Under the pieces are notes generated by a model. It saw only the letters and a list, made by a program, of their open reading frames with translations. It made no database searches and had not been told where the DNA came from. The translations under genes and the position numbers were made by a program. Shown here piece by piece: positions 10,630 through 18,919 of a stretch of 64,000 bases of DNA. The stretch is from Candidatus Bathyarchaeota archaeon (GTDB lineage: Archaea > Thermoproteota > Bathyarchaeia > Bathyarchaeales > Bathycorpusculaceae): positions 64,001-128,000 of the forward strand of contig OY969706.1 in NCBI GenBank assembly GCA_963702095.1, given 5' to 3'. Each line of letters begins with the position of its first letter. Position 1 is the first letter of the stretch.

Positions 10630-11469
10630 TTGGGGCTTCACAAAATAAAGTTACCCATAATGTTCTTCACTGCAATTTTAATGTTAACTGCCACAGTTGC
10701 AGTTAGCGCTTTCTCAGGCTCAGTTAATGCCCAAATAACAGGGTCCGTCACCATAAACGATGGCGCCGAATACACTAACTCAAACCTAGTATTGCTCGAT
10801 ATTTCAGCTGTTAACGCCACTCAAATGCGGTTCTCCAACGACAACTCTACATGGTCAAACTGGGAAGCGTACACTACTTCAAAGAACTGGTCAATACCAA
10901 CCGGTGATACCGACCATACTGTTTACGCTGAATTTCAGGATGATTCTGAGAATACTTTGACAGTCACCGCCAACATTTTCCTTGACACGACCCCCCCTCA
11001 AGCGAATCCGGATTTCGAACCTTACTCAAGCGATCTCAAAACTTGGTATTTCTATGCAGGCGCAAGTACAGATGACATTGGATTAGACTCGTGTATATGG
11101 GACTTCGGCGACGGCAGCACTAGCGACAGCGTAGAATTAACCCATACCTATGCAGCAGTAGGTACCTATAATGTTACTTTAACGGTGTTCGACCTTGCAG
11201 GCAACAATGCATCATTATCCTCTTCACTTACCGTCCCAGACATATCTGCGACCTCTACCGCCACCCCAACACCTCTTCCAACAGTAAACCCCACTGCAAC
11301 CACTCAACCGACAGTCACACCACCCCCCGAATCCACACCCACCGGCTTTGACTCAACTTGGGCAATAATAATCGTTGCAGTGATCGTAATAGTCGTCGGT
11401 AGCTTAGCAATCGTTTTATTGCTTATGAAGCGTTCGAAACCGGCTCCTCCGGCACCTGCCGCTTTCTAA
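10630..11469 (+). CDS. Surface protein with PKD domain, Thr/Pro linker and C-terminal TM anchor
   Basis: Signal peptide, WDFGDG...HTY...YNVTLTV. Confidence 0.85.
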   Translation: MGLHKIKLPIMFFTAILMLTATVAVSAFSGSVNAQITGSVTINDGAEYTNSNLVLLDISAVNATQMRFSNDNSTWSNWEAYTTSKNWSIPTGDTDHTVYAEFQDDSENTLTVTANIFLDTTPPQANPDFEPYSSDLKTWYFYAGASTDDIGLDSCIWDFGDGSTSDSVELTHTYAAVGTYNVTLTVFDLAGNNASLSSSLTVPDISATSTATPTPLPTVNPTATTQPTVTPPPESTPTGFDSTWAIIIVAVIVIVVGSLAIVLLLMKRSKPAPPAPAAF

Positions 11470-11578
11470 GCAACCCCTAATTCTATTTTTTTAAATACCC
11501 GATAATTAAAATCAGTTTTTGATTTTACATAAAATGAGAAGGCTTAAAAACATAGACCGCCAAAGGGCAAACTAAGAG

Positions 11579-11788
11579 TTGAAAAATATGAACAATGTAT
11601 CTAAAGCTGATTTAGCAGCGTCATTTAAAAGAGAAATTGAACTTAGCAACCAAGTCCTGAAGGTTGCTGAAGATGCCCTGAAACAGCTAACACAACCTGA
11701 ATCAATCGAGTATTGGAAAAATGTGAAGATTGAATATCAACAACGAACAAAGGATTTTGAAGATAGGATAAAACGTCTTAAACGTTGA
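11579..11788 (+). CDS. Hypothetical small coiled-coil protein
   Basis: 69-aa helical ORF preceded by a TATA-like TTAAAAA. Confidence 0.55.
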   Translation: MKNMNNVSKADLAASFKREIELSNQVLKVAEDALKQLTQPESIEYWKNVKIEYQQRTKDFEDRIKRLKR

Positions 11789-11803
11789 CAGCCCGCTTCT
11801 TAA

Positions 11804-12079
11804 TCATATTTCCCCTGTGGGGTAGCCTTCTCGCTTAATGAGCTTAACACCTTTAGAATTTACCATAATTGTTTTACTGCTAAAATTTTTGTAAAGGCAG
11901 TCCTCGCTAATAAAAATGAAATGATGTTTGTCTGTGACGAATGGAAAGCGTTTCTGCAGTCGCTTAATTTCTTCTTGGCTTTCGGGTTCAATGATAAAGC
12001 CCTCTGTGAAAACTCTTTTGCATATTTCGCATTTCATCGGTTCCTTAATTTCTGTTTTATCGAACCATACAGCCTTCAA
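11804..12079 (-). CDS. Hypothetical protein, possible zinc finger
   Basis: CEIC...SEDC; SD-like AGGTG before TTG. Confidence 0.5.
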   Translation of the reverse strand: MKAVWFDKTEIKEPMKCEICKRVFTEGFIIEPESQEEIKRLQKRFPFVTDKHHFIFISEDCLYKNFSSKTIMVNSKGVKLIKREGYPTGEI

Positions 12080-12300
12080 ACGTTAACACCTTTAAGAGAT
12101 GCTTTTCGGGATGAACGAACAACTGCGACCCACGCTGTATTTTGAGGAACACAAACATGAAGCACTTGTTGCCCGTTCACCTTTCCGTGCTAAAATACTA
12201 TCAATAGACTCTTCATATAAAACCGATGTGCCGTCTCTCTGAAGAAGCGAAAAAGCGAGAAGTTCAGTATTCGATAAAGTAAACTTTATATTAAAATCAG

Positions 12301-12549
12301 ATGATAGGTAGTCGGCGATTGACTTTGGGAAAAAAAGAACCTCTCTTGTTCAAATTTAAAAAAGAAGTCATGGGTCCGAGTCGGCTAAGTTTTATAGAAA
12401 ACGAAGAATATGACGAAACTTTGGACATGGTACTGGCAGTTCAAGATGGCGTCAAACAAATAGCAATCGATGGAAAATGTCGAATAGGAACTAAGAAAGC
12501 TGACTTGGAAAGAAGCGAAGACCAAAAAGATAGCAACATGTGGGGTTAA
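12301..12549 (+). CDS. Putative graspetide (ATP-grasp RiPP) precursor peptide
   Basis: Immediately upstream of ATP-grasp ligase; leader EPLLFKF (cf. microviridin PFFARFL); C-terminal core GTKKADLERSEDQKD with T/K donors and D/E acceptors; may start at TTG 12319. Confidence 0.75.
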   Translation: MIGSRRLTLGKKEPLLFKFKKEVMGPSRLSFIENEEYDETLDMVLAVQDGVKQIAIDGKCRIGTKKADLERSEDQKDSNMWG

Positions 12550-12590
12550 ACTGTTCATTATTATTGTTTCAAAGAAATCAACCGTGAATA

Positions 12591-13561
12591 TTGATGATTG
12601 TTTTACTTACCAACAAGTTTGACATTTCTGTTGACTTTGTGGTAAGGTATCTTCGTGAGCATAACGAGGAATTCTTACGAATAAACACAGAAGATTTGTT
12701 AGCCCAAGAGGTGCAAGTCAGTTTACCCGATTTTTCTTACGTAGTAGCGAATAAAGAGAAGACCTATAATTTAGCGAAAAACTTACACGCAGTCTTATTT
12801 AGAAGACCTGGAAGCCGTTCGAGTTTACCCCTAAGAATCGTCGTCCATCAAAAGCAACCGTAAATTATATCCAAAATCAATGGCACACATTTTTGGAAAG
12901 CATGTGCACCCTTGAAAATGTTTTGTGGATAAACAATCCACTGAAGAACCATCGTGCTGAGAACAAAATACTTCAGTTGAGACTTGCCTCAAAGATAGGT
13001 TTTAACATACCAAAAACTTGCATAACTTCTTCGAAGGAAAAGGCGTTGGAGTTTTCAAGAGATTGTGGAAATCAAATAATCGCTAAAGCGTTATCTATTC
13101 CATTAGTTGAATATCCAGAGAAAGATTTTTTCATATTTACAAACAAGGTTAGCTCTATTGAAACTTTTACCGAATCAGAGTTCAAATTAGCTCCAACTAT
13201 ATTTCAGGAAGCGATAACCCCAAAAAGTGATTATCGCATCACTGTAGTTGGAAAAAACTGTTTTGCCGTTAAGATAGAATCTCCCGATAACATGGCGATT
13301 CCGATTGATTGGAGATTAGATAAAAGGCGACTAAAATATACATCAGTCAAAATACCTTCAGACGTTGAGGCTAAATGTTTTAAACTTGTCAAAGATTTAG
13401 GTTTAGTCTTTGGAGCTATTGACCTCATAGAAACAAAAGGTTCATTCTATTTTCTTGAGATAAATCCTAATGGGGAATGGGGCTGGCTCCAAAAAGAAGC
13501 TAATCTACCTATTGCGGAAAGCCTCGCCAATATTCTCATTAGTTGTAATGGAGTTCAATGA
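12591..13561 (+). CDS. MvdC/MvdD-like ATP-grasp RiPP macrocyclase; apparent 1-nt deletion near 12813
   Basis: VLFRRP, WINNP..AENKILQL, PKTCIT, IFQEAI, DYRITVVG, IDWR, FGAIDLI, FLEINPNGEWGWL; the two ORFs join as RRPG(R/K)PFEF...QWHTFLESM. Confidence 0.9.
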
Positions 13562-14210
13562 CATGGATAAGATGCAAATTTTAGAATTTCTTTTTCCCGC
13601 TGGTGCTGCTTGGATTATTAACAAAGAATTGTTGTCTAATAATTCAAAGAAAGCAAAAAATGCAAAGGTAGCAACTCAGGATTGGAACAAAAGATTTGGA
13701 ACGAAAGAGGTTACATTGATTTCTAAAATGGCTGATGATTTGTATAATTTTGAGATGCAAAGACTGAATCTTTTGGCGAGGAAGGGCACTTCTCTTTTGG
13801 CAGCAGCGGGATTTGTTATATCTCTTACATCTTTGATTTTAGCATTTGGAAAAGATTGGCTTTATTATGCTGGGTCGTCACTAGTGCTTTTTTTCATACT
13901 CTTGGCAGTTATTAACTTTGTTGCATCAGCGGTTTCCGCTTCTAAGGCACTTAAAATATCGCCGCTTCACCTATTGACAATTAGTGATGCAGGCGACATT
14001 CTGGATAATAAAGTACTGAATAAAGATGAATTGACAAATCAATGGGCGTCACAGAAGCTTCTTGACGTGGATTTGAACTATGACATTATTCTCACAATAA
14101 CTAATTGGCTTGACGCTGCACAAGGTTCTTTCTTAAGAGGAATCTATTCAATTGGGTTTGGCTTTGCAATACTGACTTTCATAATTGTTTTCTTTCCAAA
14201 AATTGCCTAA
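13548..14210 (+). CDS. 3-TM membrane protein (possibly Pycsar-effector/DUF5706-like)
   Basis: Overlaps ligase stop; RLNLLARKGTSLL followed by two TMs, a soluble linker and a C-terminal TM. Confidence 0.6.
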   Translation: MEFNDMDKMQILEFLFPAGAAWIINKELLSNNSKKAKNAKVATQDWNKRFGTKEVTLISKMADDLYNFEMQRLNLLARKGTSLLAAAGFVISLTSLILAFGKDWLYYAGSSLVLFFILLAVINFVASAVSASKALKISPLHLLTISDAGDILDNKVLNKDELTNQWASQKLLDVDLNYDIILTITNWLDAAQGSFLRGIYSIGFGFAILTFIIVFFPKIA

Positions 14211-14253
14211 AAACTTTTAGCAACAATAATGGCTAATTAAGAGAGGTGAGAAC

Positions 14254-14331
14254 ATGGGCAAAGGCGGAAAACCAAGCACAATAGGAAATCCATCCGGAAA
14301 AGGTCGGGACAATAACCCACCAAGGAAATAA
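14254..14331 (+). CDS. 25-aa micro-ORF MGKGGKPSTIGNPSGKGRDNNPPRK
   Basis: Strong GAGGTGA SD just upstream of ATG; followed by T-rich terminator-like sequence. Confidence 0.6.
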   Translation: MGKGGKPSTIGNPSGKGRDNNPPRK

Positions 14332-14559
14332 TCATTCTGCGTTTGAAAATAGAGGAAGTGGGGTACCTACTCTTCGTTCTCTTCGTTTTGATGTTCTCGA
14401 TTATTTGGTTTTATTTTTATTCATCATTTGTTTCTATTTGAAATCCTGACCAAATCTTCAACCAGAGTTAGACATATTATGAATTTAAACCAAAAAATAA
14501 ACGCTTAGAGGCAAAAACTAAAAGCTGATTAAAACAACTAATCTGAGCAAGGACAAAAA

Positions 14560-15033
14560 ATGAGTGCCGATATTATTACTCAGATATTGGGAATAATTGG
14601 GACCTCCACTGGAGTATTGGCTTTGATTATTTCCTATCGGACATACGCCAATGCAAGACCGAATTTGAAGGTCAACGTAAAGAAAATTGAACATTATTCT
14701 GATACTTTCATTAAAGGAAAAAACATGACAATTGCGACCCAATTAGCAATCAGCAATTGTGGAGACCGACCTACAACTCTAAACGAAATAGAAGCCCAAT
14801 TCACATACAAGGGAAGACAATACAAATTCAAAGAAGAATTCATAAGAACGGTAACAGATGGTGAAGAAAATGTCGGGTATAGCAAAATATCAGTCGAGCC
14901 TCATGAGACAACAGACGAATACGTATATCTCAAGGGTTTAATCTCAAGCATCCCAAAAGAAATAATTTTTGATTTCAGGATTTACCATACACATGGTGTA
15001 TGTTCTTTTAGGGAGACTTCTTCTAAGCGTTGA
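14560..15033 (+). CDS. Hypothetical N-terminally anchored beta-rich protein
   Basis: N-terminal TM then Ig-like ISNCGDRPTTL pattern. Confidence 0.65.
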   Translation: MSADIITQILGIIGTSTGVLALIISYRTYANARPNLKVNVKKIEHYSDTFIKGKNMTIATQLAISNCGDRPTTLNEIEAQFTYKGRQYKFKEEFIRTVTDGEENVGYSKISVEPHETTDEYVYLKGLISSIPKEIIFDFRIYHTHGVCSFRETSSKR

Positions 15034-15790
15034 ATAAGTTGTGCAGGGTAACAATGTAAATTGCGATATTCGAAGCATGTTATGTTACAATCTTTTGAGA
15101 TTGTCTATTGCTTTAGCGCTTTAGAATGCAACCCAAAAGTATAGCAGCGTTTTCGTTTTCAACCTTGCTATTAAAAGCATCAATATCCAGAATTTTCGCA
15201 CTTTTAACACGTAAAGTCGAAAAAAAACGAGCAAAAATTCTCCGTAAAACGCTAAAATAAGGATGATTTGAGGAGCTTTTAGCGTTATGCTGTCAGCGTT
15301 CATGCGTTATTCATGCGTTCGAAGCCGATGGCAAACATTCAACAGTGTAAAAAGCGCTTTATGTCCATTTGTAATCTGACGTGAAACGTCGTTTTTTATT
15401 CAAAAAATCGCATTTTTCCTCGCTTAGAACGGTGAAACAGATAACGATGTTATCTCACTTCGGACTTACCTCGAAAAGTACAACAACTTTAAAAATGACT
15501 CAGTTTAGGTTTTAACGATATGCTGAGTGGCTGTTGAACCGTTGAGTGTTCAACTCATGTTCGTAATGCGTCAGCGTTCCAGAATTGCGGAATTTCAGTT
15601 TATGGAAAAATATAACACACACGAAGAATGAAGAATCAAAAGGCATGTGTTTGTTTTAAGCTTGAGGTTTGGATTTTATATCATTAAAGCGTTTGTCTCT
15701 CAAATCTTGAAATTTCGCAATTCTAAAAGCGTTTAAGCGTTTCCTTTAATGACCGTTAAACCAATAAACGTAAAATGAATATTGAAGGAT

Positions 15791-15961
15791 ATGAAACGAA
15801 ATATCCTTAGTGGCTTTCCGTATGAGGTAACGAAAGACGGAAGCATCACTACTATCCGATTCTATCCAAAAAAGTCAAACGCTGAATATCCAAATCAAAG
15901 CGAGTTTGTATTGAAACTAAACGAAACTGATAGACAAACGCTAATCAAGCTTTTATCGTAA
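15791..15961 (+). CDS. Hypothetical 56-aa protein (MKRNILSGFPYEVTKDG...)
   Basis: Manually translated ORF below the 60-aa track cutoff; protein-like composition. Confidence 0.45.
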   Translation: MKRNILSGFPYEVTKDGSITTIRFYPKKSNAEYPNQSEFVLKLNETDRQTLIKLLS

Positions 15962-16083
15962 ATCACGAAGCTTTCATAGCGTTGGTTTCAAGCGTTTGAT
16001 ACGTTAGAACCTGAGTGCATAAAATGAAAACTTTACATTATTCAACAAAAATGGGAAAAAGGATTTGTTAATTTAGAACTGTT

Positions 16084-16377
16084 TTAGGGTTGATATCCCC
16101 CTCCGCTTGCTCGGATTTCAGCTACTCGTTGTGTTAGCCATTGTGCTTCATTACCAGAATAATTTTGCGAAATGTAGCTATTGATATGTTCCAGCGTCCA
16201 AGGCATGTTAGCTAAAGATTGGGCGAGGTTTTCGTTAGCCGCATCAACTTGCTTTTGTGCCTCATCTGCGCGATTGTTGAGGTCTATTTGATGCATTATT
16301 GACATGCCAAGCAATGTTACAAAACAAAGAAGACCAATTATGATTAACGCTAATTCTATTGCATGTTTGCTTTTCAT
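16084..16377 (-). CDS. Hypothetical single-TM coiled-coil protein
   Basis: GAGGT SD, N-terminal TM. Confidence 0.6.
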   Translation of the reverse strand: MKSKHAIELALIIIGLLCFVTLLGMSIMHQIDLNNRADEAQKQVDAANENLAQSLANMPWTLEHINSYISQNYSGNEAQWLTQRVAEIRASGGGYQP

Positions 16378-16433
16378 TTTATATACCTCATCACGAGTTT
16401 CAAAGTTTTTAGATATCTCAAAAAAAACGATGG

Positions 16434-16724
16434 TTACGCTGGGGCTTTGATTGCCTCAGCGATTGAATAAAGGTGATTGAAATGACTTTTTTCGGTAGGC
16501 TTAACGTATGCGATTTTGCCTTCTTTTTTCAGCGATGCCATTTTTGTTCGTATATAGGCGCGTCCTTGGTCAGGGTCTTTAACGCCCAATTTATCGCTAA
16601 TTTCGCGTGATGATGCAGGGTGCCCTATGCTTTGAACGGCTGTTATTAGCTGTTCAGTTGAGAAATTCAGTTTTTCATTTTGGGTTTTGGTTTTTGAGGT
16701 TTTTGTTTTGGGTGTTTTTGACAT
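16434..16724 (-). CDS. wHTH DNA-binding protein
   Basis: PASSREISDKLG...IRTKMASLKKEGKI; GGTGA SD before ATG 16724. Confidence 0.65.
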   Translation of the reverse strand: MSKTPKTKTSKTKTQNEKLNFSTEQLITAVQSIGHPASSREISDKLGVKDPDQGRAYIRTKMASLKKEGKIAYVKPTEKSHFNHLYSIAEAIKAPA

Positions 16725-17260
16725 TTGATTCACCATGCATGTACAATATTTAGGCGTTGATTTAACCCGACTTGACTGTTTAGAGCTTAATTTGAGTCTG
16801 TTACACCGAATCATTGTTGAAGCAGTCTCATTCAAGAAACATGGACTCATTGGTCAGGTCTTTTGAGAATTGATGCCTTGAAACGCGCGAGCGCTGAAGA
16901 ACGAACAAAGTGCGAAAAATTGTCCTTGCTCTGGTAGGTACCCGCTGGAAAATTTTGGGATTCAAAACCTTAAGCGATTCATAGAAGAATTGAAATTGCG
17001 AAATTTCATGTTTACAGAAAAGCTGTTGCATGTATGAGGCAGAAGTGTTCGAAAAAACTTTGAATGATTTTGGTTTAAGGGGCTTCCCATTTGTTAGAGC
17101 CTATCATTCCCTAAAATTGTAATTTCGCAATTCCAAAAATGAAAACAATCGGTTGTTTTAGCTCCGAAATTGCGGAATTTCACATTTATGGAATGCTTAA
17201 CCCCTAACAAAACATGAGATGCCTTAAAACAATTAAATTAAAAAAGAAAAGTGAAAGGTA

Positions 17261-18388
17261 TTAGGCTAAAGTTATCAGCCATTCTGTTCCTTCGCCACGT
17301 TGTCTTTTAATGTAGCCGTAGGTTTCCAACTTTTTGACTAACCGAGATGCTGTTGCTTCGTCAATGTTGAGGTATGAGGCTAACTCTTTTTGGTTAACGG
17401 TTTTCTCTCTTAACAGATGTACCGTTTCAACAGCCATTTGCTTATGCTCTTTGTTGTTTTGGAAGACATCAGTCAGTTCTAAATCCATATCAGCAACTAA
17501 TTGTTTAGTGGTTATTTCATTGTTGACTGTTCCAATTGTAATGGGAAAGACATTGTTACCTAAGACGGCGGCTTCTATGCTTTTGCGGATGTATTTTAAA
17601 TAACGTCTGAATATGCCTCTACTTAATTGAGCTATGAGTGTTAACGCTTCTTCAGTAAACGGTTCGACTGTTCCCCATTTGCTTTTGTATGCTTCAACCA
17701 TTTCCTCTGGTTTCATGGGTGAAAGCTCAACAGCAATCATTTTACCCAAGAAAAAGTGACCGCCATACATCTCCTTCTGTATGCCTAATACTAAAGTCGG
17801 TAATGTCCTTCTCTTAGGGACGATGGAAATAGTGGTTATGTCTCCATCTGTTTCAGTGACTTCTTGTTTTGTTGTTAAGTCTGCTACCTGTTTCCATAGA
17901 CTCTCTATGTTGCGTAGGTCTTTGCTCATAGCGTCTTTGTTTTTCTTGTTATAGTCTGGAAGGTCAATGAAGAGGATGTTGAACTTTGAGAGGAAAGCGA
18001 TGCTTGAAACAAGTGGTAACGTTTCCATTTCATTCTTTGCTTTGTAACGTCGGAAATATTCTTCTGCCTGCTTTAATCGCTCTTGATAGTCAGGAAGCCA
18101 ACGGAAAAACAGTGTTCGATACCCTTTAGCCTCAAACTTTTGGGCTAACATTTCCAATAGTCTTGTCTTTCCTATGCCTTGAAGCCCTATAACTCCAATG
18201 AATCCTTCATGGGAGTGTGATAGCATGAACTCTAAGCGCTTTGCGTCTTCAGTCATGTAATAGTTTTCTGTTGCTTCTTTGATTGCTTCGCCTTGCAGAT
18301 GGGTAGCCCATTCATACACCTTTGAGGCTCCATGCATTGATGGGTCTGCCTGTGCTTCGCGTAATATTTTCAAACAACGCCCCATCAT
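17261..18388 (-). CDS. P-loop (AAA+-like) ATPase with C-terminal MarR-type wHTH
   Basis: Walker A GLQGIGKT, Walker B ILFID, SRGIFR sensor-like, QKELASYLNIDEATASRLVKKLE. Confidence 0.8.
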   Translation of the reverse strand: MMGRCLKILREAQADPSMHGASKVYEWATHLQGEAIKEATENYYMTEDAKRLEFMLSHSHEGFIGVIGLQGIGKTRLLEMLAQKFEAKGYRTLFFRWLPDYQERLKQAEEYFRRYKAKNEMETLPLVSSIAFLSKFNILFIDLPDYNKKNKDAMSKDLRNIESLWKQVADLTTKQEVTETDGDITTISIVPKRRTLPTLVLGIQKEMYGGHFFLGKMIAVELSPMKPEEMVEAYKSKWGTVEPFTEEALTLIAQLSRGIFRRYLKYIRKSIEAAVLGNNVFPITIGTVNNEITTKQLVADMDLELTDVFQNNKEHKQMAVETVHLLREKTVNQKELASYLNIDEATASRLVKKLETYGYIKRQRGEGTEWLITLA

Positions 18389-18694
18389 TTAGGGTTCCTC
18401 TAAATTGTGTAACGATGAAATTCCGCAATTCCACCGAGGTTTGTTTGGTCTTTGGTCGTAGATTATGCCTTTCCCGTCTGCCATTATCAGAACCTCTCGT
18501 TCTGACGGTGCTTTTGCTATCATTTCATCGCCGATTTTGGAAGATATTTGGTTTATTTCCGAATTCGAGCCTTCGAATATCAACATAACAGTGCCATCGT
18601 TCAATGCTTTTCTCGTTGATGGTGCGGTGTTTATTTTAGCTTCATAGCTCTTTTTTGCGATTATTGTCAAAGTTCCTCTACTTGTGTCAATCAT
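18389..18694 (-). CDS. Hypothetical protein, translationally coupled to the ATPase
   Basis: Stop TAA directly abuts ATG of the ATPase. Confidence 0.6.
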   Translation of the reverse strand: MIDTSRGTLTIIAKKSYEAKINTAPSTRKALNDGTVMLIFEGSNSEINQISSKIGDEMIAKAPSEREVLIMADGKGIIYDQRPNKPRWNCGISSLHNLEEP

Positions 18695-18718
18695 GATTTA
18701 TCCCTCGGTTATCGATTA

Positions 18719-18916
18719 GTTGGTGCGGTTGTTATCGCAGAACTCAGGAGAGAACAAGGCAGTATATGTCCAAATGTACTTCAGAGCGGAAGCCTCCAGC
18801 GCATAGGAGGAGAAACAAGGATTCCGAGAACGTTAAGAACCCTGCTCATGCGGAAGATTGTTCAAGGTGCGCGTGAATGACCCCTGAGCCTCTTTTGCGA
18901 CAACCGCAAAGCCAAC
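18719..18916 (+). ncRNA. Candidate ~200-nt structured non-coding RNA (unknown family)
   Basis: Nested helices plus potential pseudoknot; four wobble positions are G-U only on the + strand; A-rich junctions. Confidence 0.65.
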
Positions 18917-18919
18917 AGT

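Larger units (their letters stand above)
15582..18431. repeat. Six dispersed copies of quasi-palindromic RAATTGCGRAATTWC motif
   Basis: 15582-15596(+), 15709-15723(-), 16993-17007(+), 17119-17133(-), 17167-17181(+), 18417-18431(-). Confidence 0.8.

Noticed and set aside
15582-18431. CRISPR array
   Set aside because: Repeats are only 15-16 bp, irregularly spaced and in both orientations; no cas genes.
18719-18916. RNase P, SRP or tRNA identity for the structured RNA
   Set aside because: Lacks RNase P CR-I/CR-V, SRP helix 8 and T-loop consensus sequences.
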